Shown piece by piece: positions 12,201 through 24,200 of a stretch of DNA of 64,000 nt. This DNA comes from Acanthaster planci. Lineage: Eukaryota. The notes beneath the pieces are model-generated. The model was not told the origin of the DNA, made no database searches, and saw only the letters and a program-made list of their open reading frames with translations. The stretch is from assembly GCF_001949145.1 (NCBI RefSeq), contig NW_019091361.1:1652866-1716865 (forward strand). Direction: 5' to 3'. Both the position numbers and the translations under genes were made by a program. How positions within the stretch are numbered: position 1 is the first letter of the stretch; every line of letters begins with the position of its first letter.

Positions 12201-15200
12201 CAACCCTGTCCAAGGCGCTCCAGTGCTGACGCTGCTGTTTTCCTGTGGTGTATGCGGCCATTGGTGATTTAGTTTGTGCGTTAAGGCCATTACCTTTGAC
12301 AGCTTGTACCAAACGTGGGCAATGCAAGCTACGTGTATAGTTCATGTACATGTATAGTACTGTACATGTACATGTACCTACACTAGGGGTCATGCACGAT
12401 ACAGGCTCGAAGGGTCAGGATTACCAGACGTGGCTATGGTGTTCCATATGTGCCATCCGGCGTCGCATTTTTCGACGGGCGTCGCATTTTTCAGCCGGCG
12501 TTGCATTTTGCAACCGGCGTCGCATTTTTCAACGGGCGTCGCATTTTTCGACCGTGCGTCGCATTTTTCGACTGGCGTCGCATTTTTTAACTGGCGTCGC
12601 ATTTTTTGACCGTGCGTCGTATTTTTTCGACGGGCGTCGCATTTTTCGACCGGGCGTCGCATTTTCCATTACTTCATCGGAAAGACCCGTGGAGGCCAGG
12701 ATCTCGTCCATCATCGGACCCGCAAGCTTATTATAAAACACTCGAAAACTAGTCTTATTAAGAATGAAGTTGTCTGTTGTGGAGATTTTCACACGTACGG
12801 CAACATTTGTCACAGAAAAAAAGAAAATTAGACAGAAACGCATGTATATGTACGTGTAACCCTAGGGTCAATCAAGAAGCAGCAGCTACGACGAAACAGC
12901 CTTTTCAAACAGTGACACTTTTCAAACCCAAATCCACATGCAGTCCTCAAGACCTTGGGAAGTCATTTCGTTGAGTAATAAACACAACCCCCCCCAACAA
13001 AGAAAGATAAATGATCTCAAGCCCATGACCAGACGGCCTCCACCGGGGGAATGCCTGAATCACGGACCATTGCCTGAACAACTTCAAATGCGTGAAATAC
13101 CTTTCTACTCGTAGTAATGAAAAAATAAGACCAGTCTTGGCTTCTTCTGGACAGATTTTCAAGGTTCAAAAAGTATTTTCGGAAAACTGTGCGTGATTTT
13201 GTATTGCTGACAACTTCTTTCAACCCAGAAAACGTAAAATTTGTCAAAGTTATGGTGCGTGACATTTCTTTGCCTAGAGTAGTTGCATTTTAAATTATAG
13301 ACCGTACTGCGATAAACGCTGCCTCGGGAAGCATGTCTGCCAGATGACAAATACCATATCAACCAGAGTGAAAAATAGGCCTATTATACTGGGTTTGATT
13401 TTTGTGGCAACTAGTAATCATCAGTACCGGGACATTTTTCACTCAAAAAGCTTGCAGAGGTGAGAAACCAAATTGAGCGAGGTGAACTTCCACGAGTAAT
13501 CGGGTTCATTAAAGGGCTGTTAATTTATTGACATACAGGTAATCGACGCATACATGCTAATTTAGCCGTTTCCATAATCATTAAAAATATGTACGCACTC
13601 TTTAAGCATTCAAGTCAACAACTTCAGATCCGGCTGGACCAAGGTTGGCCATTGATGATTAATGGCTTATTCACATCGAAAGGCGACGGCGGTTGAAAAA
13701 TGCGACGCCAGTTGAAAAATGCGACGCCGGTTGAAAAATGTGACGCCAGATGGCACATATGGAACACCATACGCGAAGTCGTGTATTGTGCAGGACAGTC
13801 GCACTGAGCGTGCATCTACCATGTCAAGTCTCATTGATAACAGTGTAAAATCCGCATTGTTCAGGTACGGAGCGGTATCAGGGGAATGGTGAAAAAAACC
13901 CAAATTCTCTCCTCCTAGAGCTAATTCGCATGTACGGCTTGTATGTCGTACGCACGATTTATATCTTGTACGTACGACTTAAATCTCGTACGTACGATTT
14001 ATGATTCATATCTCGTACGTGTGAATTCCTACTTACGACATACAAGTCATACGTACGAGATATAACCCGTACTTACGGGTTATGATTCAGAAGTCGTACC
14101 TACAAGATTAAGTCGTACATATGACAGATTTATCAGTCGTACGTACAAGTTAGCTCAAGGAGGAGAGAACGCTGTTTTTTAATCATGTCCCTAATACAGC
14201 TACGTATTTAGAGCTTAATAACATGCATGCCAACATCCCTGGTGTTTTTCAATCTTTCCATTTCTTTTCAATTTTCTGTGTCGTCGCGTCGTTGTAGACA
14301 TGCATGTCGGCAAAACTTTTCTATTCAATAAAATTAATTTCTAAAAGCTGCCAAACATGTTTGATTGCCTGTAATGCCGCTGCTGCGTAACTGACACGAG
14401 TATTACCGTGAAACGAAGAGTACTGAACTATTTCATTGATTTTGTTTCTTCTCATTTGGAGATATAAAACTTCAAAGATTAAACACGAATGCTATTTCCA
14501 CGGTCAAATCCTATGCTTGTCACCGATGTGCTAAAAGCTTTGGACGGAAATCTAATCTACAGAGGCGCATGGAAAATATCCACGCTGAAGAGGAATAAGA
14601 CATCAATGAAGTTGACGATGATTCAGAATCTGTTGAGGAGGTAGAAGATGACGAAACATCGAATGAAGATAATTCAGAATAGACAATGCCGCCTGCCGAG
14701 ATTGGCTGGCTGAAGCCAGGGAAACAAAATGGAGATGAGTGGGGTGAAAATATGGCAAGTACACCAACGAAAGCATGAAGATCAAGAAAGGCAAACAGGA
14801 AGACCCACTAGGCAGTCAAGCAAGACTTTTTCGACAACTGTAAGGAGTTTCCATCAAGTTGCCTACATTTGAAGGATAATGAAATCACCAAGACGTTGTG
14901 GATGATCTCGAAGGAAACCTTGATAACGGCATGAAAGTAAACAAAGCCTTGAATCGGGTTATCCCTTAACATTCTGTTAAATTTGACGGACTGTTCCAGC
15001 TATGAAGAAGAGGAAAATACCTAAAAGGTAGTAATAATTAGAGACAAATGGTTTGGTTCCTGGTTTCGACTGGCCGACTAAATGCCCTGCGCCATTTGGG
15101 TGATGTTGGTCAAGTCTTTAGTTTACTATCCGCGTCGAGCAGACGCACCTCCCATCGGTTAAAAAGGGCCAAAGTTTGTCCGGAATGCTCATTTTGTTGG

Positions 15201-18200
15201 TAGCGATGCACCCGTAACGGGTGTATTTTACAGTCGTGTGTGAACCAGCAAAGCGCAGTTCATACAAAAGGAGCCTGCGTTGCCAGGAAACGTACGCCTC
15301 TCTTGGTCTAGCTCAGGGCTCATTTAGCTCGTCGCCGAGCGCCTGAACAGGGTGTTGGGGAGGGCTGATGGCCTTGCACAGATTTTAGTGAAGGAAATAT
15401 GTCACACGGGGTCACAGCTCACGATGTTCAAAGCATTGTGGGTGATTTTTGCCAGGCACGCAAGATTGCTCAATGTGGCCCTTATTAATTCGCTATTTTT
15501 TTTTCTTCCTCATTGCGGAAAATATTCTGACCACACTTAATTTGTTCACCCAAAATAGATCAAGATAAACAATTACTTAAAGGTATCGCCAAAGACACGG
15601 GATCAGTGAAACTTGTAAGACGATAAATTACTGTGATTTTTCCGGGGCCATGTTTTTATGATAATAAGCCGACATTTTGGCTCGTATTAAAGAATAGCTA
15701 TTGGCCAACCCAAGACTTAAAATAACGCTTCGCTAACAGGAAGTGCGGTCGGAGGTCATGCATGTACTCTTTTAACGCAACCTTGTCAAAATGTTGAGTG
15801 GTTTTCCTAGTTGTTCAAAATTGACTACAGATTCAGTCAAACACCCACGCAAACGTTGGCAAATCATGCTTTCTGACAAGATTCCTATACTGTGCCTTTA
15901 AAAATGTCGATGAACTGACTAAAAAAATCTTGTCAGATTGACTAATTTCCAGTTGCACCCAGCTGAACCTGAAGAGCTAGTCAAATTTTGCTGAAGTTTA
16001 GTCAAATTTGACTGATCCTTTTTAGAGTGTGGTAGCCAATTACAGTGCAAAGCCCGAGCAGGGCGCTGGGAAGGGCTGATGTGACGAGCGAAGGGGCTCA
16101 TAGTCGTCTCCCCATGATTGGTTTTTCTCACATTGTTCGATGGAAAATTGGTTGGCTTTTGTATTTGTTTCTGGTGTAGTAGCCGTACAAATGGGGCCAG
16201 TAATACCCTAGCAATATTTGGTGTGTTTTGTTTGCAACTACAACTTATCGCCGTGACCAGAAACAGAGAGCGAAAAATCTAGATCTGATTTTGCCATCGT
16301 GAATCAACTTTTTTATTGATACACTGTTCCATTATCCATGCAATGTTTGTAATTTTATTTTGTCTCTCCAAAACATCATGATGCAGTTTTCAAAGTCTTT
16401 GTACGAAGTTGGCTAAGACTGCCCAACAACATGCTGACCACCACTGGACAGTAAAGTTCATATTTACAAACAAAATGCGCTCTTTCATCACAAGGAGTGA
16501 TTATGAGATCTCATAAAATACCTCTTTGTATAAATGCCGCAATAAAAACGATCCAAATAAAACACTTTTTCTTGTAAACAACTTGGCTATTTATTCCCAA
16601 AATGACCCCAGAGGAAAGCGTTCGATAAGGACAATGATTGCACATGAACACTTGGGGCACACAGCCTAAAACATGCTACTGCACAACGCATTAAATTTGA
16701 TGTTGTTGTCAGATCATACCAAGCACCAATGATACCATGAATATTCAACTTCCCAAAAATTGTGGTGATGATCATGGGGGTACAAAGGGGGCTTATGGGT
16801 GTGAAACAGGTGGTGCGTGGCAAGCGTTCCCTGCGTTCTGGCTATGGACATACCGGGCATGCCAGAAAGCGGTAATTGGCAGTATGCTATAGTATAACCA
16901 TGGAGGTAGACCTCCATGGTATAACCTGGGCAGTTCAAACTCCTTCTGTGTCTTTCCTCCATGAAGTGACTAATCCCATCAATATAGTGACATTCAGTGT
17001 TTAGTTAATAAACTTTCTAGGGTGGGTGGGGCGTAATTTCAATTGAAGGCCTAAGGTGGTACATAAACAAGTTTAAAATGATGCCATGAAATAAACATGA
17101 ACGTAAAATTGGTGAGTGCATTTGTGTCGCAAAATTAAGCCCTCAATGTCATTTTGATCATTCTTTACAACAGATATAAACAATATGCTCTTTATTCTTT
17201 TAAAGAATTTTGTTACAATTTGATTGTTTCGGTTAAATTAATTAGATATCCTACAGTGGAGTTTGCCATTCGGATGTACATTTCTGGAAAGGAGATAAGA
17301 GTTTCGCCAGGGCCGAGGGCGAACCAACAATCTTCAAATGCCCCTGCGTCCCAGGTGAATATGAGTGAGCTTAATCATTACACGTAATCCTATATTAGCA
17401 GCCATCTACTGGACATTGCAAACAGTATCCATAAACTCAGCGAGCCCATTCTAAATAGTATACTACTACTGATAGTAGTAGTAGGCGGCATCACCGGGCA
17501 GTCTCCAATGATTCATGGTCTTACAGCGCGTTCCCACTTGAATTGGGAAAAGGTGGATTTTGATCGAGCATTTTGGTGTGATCGTTATCTTACCGCAACA
17601 AAACCGCAGCAAGTCGCGCCGCGTTCCCACCAGCGCTTGATCCACCTTTTCGGACGGAAATGTCGAGTCCAAAAGGTCACCGAGTTCGTTATTGCGCATG
17701 TGCTAGCTTGCTAAGCGCGCTCAGTGGCAGTGTTGCCTGTTGGGGCGGTATGCATGTGACCCTGCGGTGTTTTGGGTGCGGAGTTCTACTGACGTGACGA
17801 CCTTGAATCGGACTGAATGGTCACCCTATTATGTTGTCTCTTCAAACTTTGCTTCCGTTTTTGATATTCTGTTACACGCTGCGGGCTATACGCTAACACG
17901 CAATTAGTTTTTGATGGAAAGCAAGTGAAATTACACGAATGAAAAAGGTTAAGAAACGAAAGAATGCACAACGAAAACTGTGAAAGGGCAAGGTACACGT
18001 CGCGACATGCATGCATTGCACATGCGTGATGACACATTTCCCTAGCCCGTAGTTCAGCAGTTATTTATTGTGGATGCTGTGCACGTTAAAAATTTCACAT
18101 GACCTACAAGCCAAAAAACGCATTTCTTTGTTCATCAGACGGCAAAAGTTTCGTGCCACTCGTGCACGGACGGATGTTGACAGGTCAAATTGCTGGATCA

Positions 18201-21200
18201 GATCCACTTTTGCGTTCCCATCTGATCGTGATCCGCCAATTGCAAGATCTAATCCACCAATTGGGGGATCTGTATCCTGCTCCAGAAGAGGATCAAGAAA
18301 GGTGGATCTGATCATCATCCACCTTATAATGGTTAGCATCCCCACTACAAACAATTGCCGGATCTGATCCACCAATTGGGGGATCTGATCCGGCAATTTG
18401 GCAAAAGGTGGATCGGATCCCGCAATTGGTGGATCAATTGGGAACGGGCTGATAGTGAAAACATTTTATTGTATTTTCAACAAACAAGGGCGCAGTAAAT
18501 AGTGGGAAAAGTTGGATCATGGCCGTTTTCCAATATTCAACTTCGTCTCCGTTGCAGGCTTCACCTGACTTTGAAGTTGTTAGCTGTAGTGCCACAAGAA
18601 CATCAGATAAGATACAAAAGAGCAAAATATTTCAGCACTTCAATTTAATTTGAATGCTTCAGGCCTACAATCGAGGATTGCTTTTGGAGAAGAACCTGAG
18701 ATGGCGACGAAGTTGAGTACATAAAACCGGCCCACGTTGAACTTTCCGCTCCTAGTTGTTGGTGTGGGTCAAAACATGCACGCTAACATGACGGGCGTAT
18801 AGCGATATCTCTCTTTTCTTGACCTATTGCGTGCTATCAGCGATCGTTGCAATTAAATGCGAACCAGGCTTAAAACAAAAGTGCCAAAGAATTCATCGCT
18901 TCAAAGTGTCTCATTCAGGGAACAGAGGCTAATAAGATCTGTTTATCTTAGCAAAATTTGAAAGACTATTCCACAGGTCAGAAACCCTTATACATGTACA
19001 TGCGTCAGACGTTTTAACCATTTTAAGTCATAAGGATCTTTCATGCATCTTTCCCTCATTGATTCCAGGTCATGAAATAGCTGGCGTTCTTTTCTCTATG
19101 GGAGAGAGCGCCACCAGCAACAACCAGAGCGGTTTAAAGCTGGGAGACCATGTAGTCGTCTTTCCGTGGGTCCATTGCGGTGCATGTCTTCCGTGCAGAG
19201 AGGGACATGGCGATTTCTGTGATGAAACCCAATTGCGGTTTGCAGCCATTGGAGTGTGTTTTAATGGCGGGTATGCTATACTTTCTTGATACATCTGAAG
19301 CAAACACAGTATCCGTGAGAGTGCATGATTATTCTCATTTTGGGATGAATCCTCCGAAATTTCCATGGAGAAACAGGAACTGGGGTACATTAGTTTTCAC
19401 AGGCATATCGTAACTCTGCGTATTAAACAGAAACAAGCATTGCCTTCAGGACTTAGCTAGAATTCTAGAAGTGTAAAAATCACCCAACCCTTGCCTAGCA
19501 GGCTGTGCATCGATCCATCTTTTTGGTGCCAAATAGTGCATACGCGGATGGGGGGTCGGGGGTCAAACCCCCTCCCGCTCTGAGACTAAAAGAAGGGAAA
19601 AAGAAATAATTAACACCAAGAGTATTATAAAAAGTGTTGGTAATGTCTAATGTTTCATCGTCATGTCTGCTTGTCCACAAAAAATTAGACAATAAAAAAA
19701 TCTCCGGCCTGACCCTCCTCCCGGACGATGTCTGGATCCGCCCCTGCAGAGAACCAGTGCCGGATCACTGTTAGCAATCCGGGTCCGCGTGAAACAAAAA
19801 GACCCTTAGTTCCCCAGTACAGAAGTGACTAGTGGACCCAAGCCAAGCCAAGCCAAGCAGAAGCTCATTGGAGAATATAGGGACTGGGGGGAAAAAGGAC
19901 CGTGAAACATACCCATACAGGGAAATACTCGTCTGTGTAACGTGATTGGTTTGAACAACCTTGTTGGCTGAGGTAAATTAGTGAGTGAGGTTGGACTAAT
20001 TGGTTTTCCAGTTAGATTTTTCTGCAGGTAAGGTCTCAGCATTCACAGTTTCTCACTATTTCTCCTCAGCCATGCGCAGTACGTCGCTGTGCCTGACGTG
20101 CGGTTCCTGGTCCCCGTGCCTACATCCACACCTCTCGAAGTGGCCTGTCTTCTTCCATGCAGTGGATTAACTGCGTTTCATGCCATAGAGGAAACCCTCG
20201 AGTTTGTTAAAAAAGTGACTCAGATTGCAGGTAGATAATTGCCAGCAGTAATGTGACCTTATTTGATTTGAAAGGGGCTATTTTATTCCAGAGTGGCCTC
20301 ATTTTCGTTGGGTTGGCTGAGATATTTAGCAGTAATAAGTCCCTCCATCCCTCCTCAAAATTCTTAGCGGCGGAAGGGAAAATGACTTGGGAGGTGGCAC
20401 TTCCTCGTCCCTTTTAGTCACATACGGTATGTTTTCCAAATTAATCGACAAATTCCGTCTGCTACGTCACGTGAACTGTGGTGGGTGGCAAAAATCAACA
20501 AACATGGCGTCCTCCCATGGCAAAATATTATTAAAATGTTATTTACTAAAAAGTATGAGTTCACTCATACTCCTGATGTGCTGAGCACTATACCAAAAAA
20601 ACGGCTTTAGTTTTTGGTAAACAACACTTAAACACTTTTAGATGTAGGATGCCATGTTTGTCCGTGTTTGATACCCACTATGGGTCACGTGACTTAGCGG
20701 ACGCAATCGGTTCATGAACCCCGACTGAGACCAAGAGAGGGCGTGATTTTCCTATAGCAACGGCGACTCCTGTGGGGGGAACCACACTTCGCTATGCCAT
20801 TGACATTCACGCGTTCCAGTTGCCTCGCCCCGTTACCAACAAAATAACAATCCTCACCTAACAGCTCTTTTCAACTAATGAGGGAGTGCTTCTGCTCAAG
20901 GCGGATTAGAGAGGAAAGCTCTGATACAGGGGTGCATGCATATAAGGGTTCAGTCCACTTAATCAAGCCCCATTGAAAGCAGTGTAAAGTAGCATGCACG
21001 CCAACATNNNNNNNNNNNNNNNNNNNNNNNNNNNNNNNNNNNNNNNNNNNNNNNNNNNNNNNNNNNNNNNNNNNNNNNNNNNNNNNNNNNNNNNNNNNNN
21101 NNNNNNNNNNNNNNNNNNNNNNNNNNNNNNNNNNNNNNNNNNNNNNNNNNNNNNNNNNNNNNNNNNNNNNNNNNNNNNNNNNNNNNNNNNNNNNNNNNNN

Positions 21201-24200
21201 NNNNNNNNNNNNNNNNNNNNNNNNNNNNNNNNNNNNNNNNNNNNNNNNNNNNNNNNNNNNNNNNNNNNNNNNNNNNNNNNNNNNNNNNNNNNNNNNNNNN
21301 NNNNNNNNNNNNNNNNNNNNNNNNNNNNNNNNNNNNNNNNNNNNNNNNNNNNNNNNNNNNNNNNNNNNNNNNNNNNNNNNNNNNNNNNNNNNNNNNNNNN
21401 NNNNNNNNNNNNNNNNNNNNNNNNNNNNNNNNNNNNNNNNNNNNNNNNNNNNNNNNNNNNNNNNNNNNNNNNNNNNNNNNNNNNNNNNNNNNNNNNNNNN
21501 NNNNNNNNNNNNNNNNNNNNGGCAGTTGCTCCGTGCTGGCGATTGGAGTAGGTGGGGTGGGCCAATGGGGAGTCCGCCTCGCCAGGGCCCTGTTCCCTCC
21601 AGAAACGCAAATCATATGTGCAGGAGTCAAGGTTTGCTTTATCATTTGCCTTCCGAGAGATTCTGTCCAAACCGGAAGTTGCGGCTGCGCTGGCTGTATT
21701 GATCACGCACGCGGGAATTGACTGTTGTCATTAATCGCAGCCCAATTACAGCCCAATATTTTGGGGAAAAGTCACTCAAAAGTACGATGCTGTTTTAGGG
21801 AAACGGTAAGAAATTTCGTTCCTGCTTCCGCTTGCTTATCTTATATCTCATACCCAAGACCTGTTAGTCGTACATTCACCAATCTTAACTAACGCGGATG
21901 AGATGTAAGTTAAACATGTGCGTACGGCATATCACTTTACGTACGAGACACAAGTTGCACATACAAGATAAAAGTCGAAAGAAAGACTTATGATTTATGA
22001 GTTGAACATGCGAACATATTTGTCTTGCGTCTTGACTCGTTAGTCTTCAGTACGACATTGTACGTAGTAAACTCGAGGAGAGGGCTTTTTTCACCTGGCC
22101 ATCAAAATACATGTAGTTTTAGTTTCGTACAAAAGCATACTCACTTGATAGTTACGTGATGCACTCACTTTACGCTGTTCATTATAGAGTAGTCTGTTGC
22201 TCGTTTATGTCACTACACCAGAGCGCTGCATTTAAAGACGTACTGCTTTGTATCAGGGCTGTTTTCACAACTTTGTTGTCTGATGACCCGTAATGCCTAT
22301 TCAAAAAGAGAGGGTGTATCTTTCCCCTAGGGTGCACGCCCATGACCAAAGTAAATCGAACTGGTTCGATACGTACACTAATTTTCTTGATTGTGTATAC
22401 TTGATCGGCTGTCGGTATGACTTGATGCTTAAAACAAGTGGAATGTGCTAAGCCCGAGTGCAGTTTCCATGCCAGGGTCAAGCTGACCGACAGGCACTCA
22501 AGTTAGTTTTGTGGGCGGGACCTTCAATAGACGAGACACAAGACCATTCACAAGAGCAGACTTGAGTAACATTGTGAACAATGATAAAGAAAGGGAGATT
22601 TCTAGACGCTGGTGGTAGCAGACATATTTATACCGGTCCTTTTTCAAAGTACTGCGTGCGCTCAAAACTATGCACGCATGCTCATACAGTGTGCGCATAC
22701 TCAGAACACTGATCTCAATACACTGGAAGGGCAGCTCAGCAGTAACTGCCTATGTGTGAACTGAAGTGACCGCACGGCTAACTCAGGATATTCAATACAT
22801 TGGCCTCCAAGAGACCTCTTCACTAATAATTCATAATTATGCACGCATGTGCACAAATGACCTCGGCGGCAAGGAGTGTGAGCGGGCCATTGAAAATGTA
22901 GAGTGGTGCGACTCCGATGATCATTTTCTCTCAGGTTTTCTGACTTTGTTCAGTTTTTCTTTTAAAATGCCATTAAATCGTTTTTGCCATTAGTTTTTAA
23001 TTTAAGTGAAATTTTTAGTGCTCTGTGAAAAGATTTTAAAATCGCAATTTTTCCTGTGTGCACGAAATCGTCGTTTCTATAGTGCGGCCCCCTTCCATCA
23101 TAAGTAGTATAAACTACTTCGATTGTTAGTGTTCTTAGAACCAACCTGTGCATTTTGTAAAACACTAGCTTACCCTTGAACTTGGTCATAGCTTGGAGTA
23201 CTACCGAAAGAAATAATATCTGGGGATGTACAAAACAAAGTGCAGATTCCAAAGAGAAAGAGATCTGGTTCTTCAGTTTTCCCGAGTACAGAAAGCTGCG
23301 AATCGAATGGGTACATTACCGGTACATGGAGATAGATTGAACATCAGTACGTGTTTTTACAAATGCACAGGTTGGCTCGAAGAACACCATTGATCGATAT
23401 AGTTGATACTACTTATGATGAAAGGAGCCCTTCTAAGAATCAACGATCTTGTGCGCAGAGGAAAAAAATACGATTTTAACATCTTTTAATAGAGCACTAA
23501 AAATTTCACTTCAAACGATTTAATGAGATTTTCTGAAGAAAAAATTTACGAAGTCAGAGAACCTGAGAGAAAATAATCGTCGAAGTTACACCCATGCATG
23601 TACATTTTCAATGGCCCGCTCACACCTCTTGCCGCCAAGGCCATTTTTGCACGTGCGTGCATAAAGCAAATTATAAGTAAGAGATCTATTTCACTTTCAG
23701 TCCATTCACTACAGTGCATTCATGCTCGGCGCTAAAAGCTGGTGACTTGGAAAGTGCCCTTGTACTGAATAGTCGAAGATGGCCGCGCAATCGCTTCAAT
23801 TCGCAGAGCTGAGCTGCCTATCCAGTAGTTCTGAGTCACTGCTCTCTATAAACTGGATAGACAGCTTTGCTCTGGAGGTCAGTGGAGGTCAATGGAGGCC
23901 ATTGTATTGAATATCCCGAGATAGCCGCGCGGTCACTTCAATTCACACATGGGCAGTTACTACTGAGCTGCCTATCCAGTGTATAGAGATCAGCGCTCAG
24001 AACTGGTAAAAAGAACCGGTATATGTGTCGCTACTCAGCAGTTCAAAGTATGCAATTGCAGTTCACGTGAAGAGCTTCCGTGCTTTACTTGATTTAAGCC
24101 TGGAAGTCTTATGATGGTCTTGTGCATCAGGTCCTGTGATTATCGAATAAACCTCGTGCGTTTTGGCCATATTCGAGATGTGTTTCTGTTATTCAAATCT

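Noticed and set aside
12344..12843. Repetitive ORFs (RRRIF / KNATPVEKCDA) and a CRISPR-like look of the array
   Set aside because: They are translations of a head-to-tail 19-20-nt tandem repeat with no unique spacers. It is the subterminal array of a TIR element, and there are no cas genes.
20959..21706. Long ORFs of 185-247 aa in the track
   Set aside because: Artefacts of reading through the N gap.
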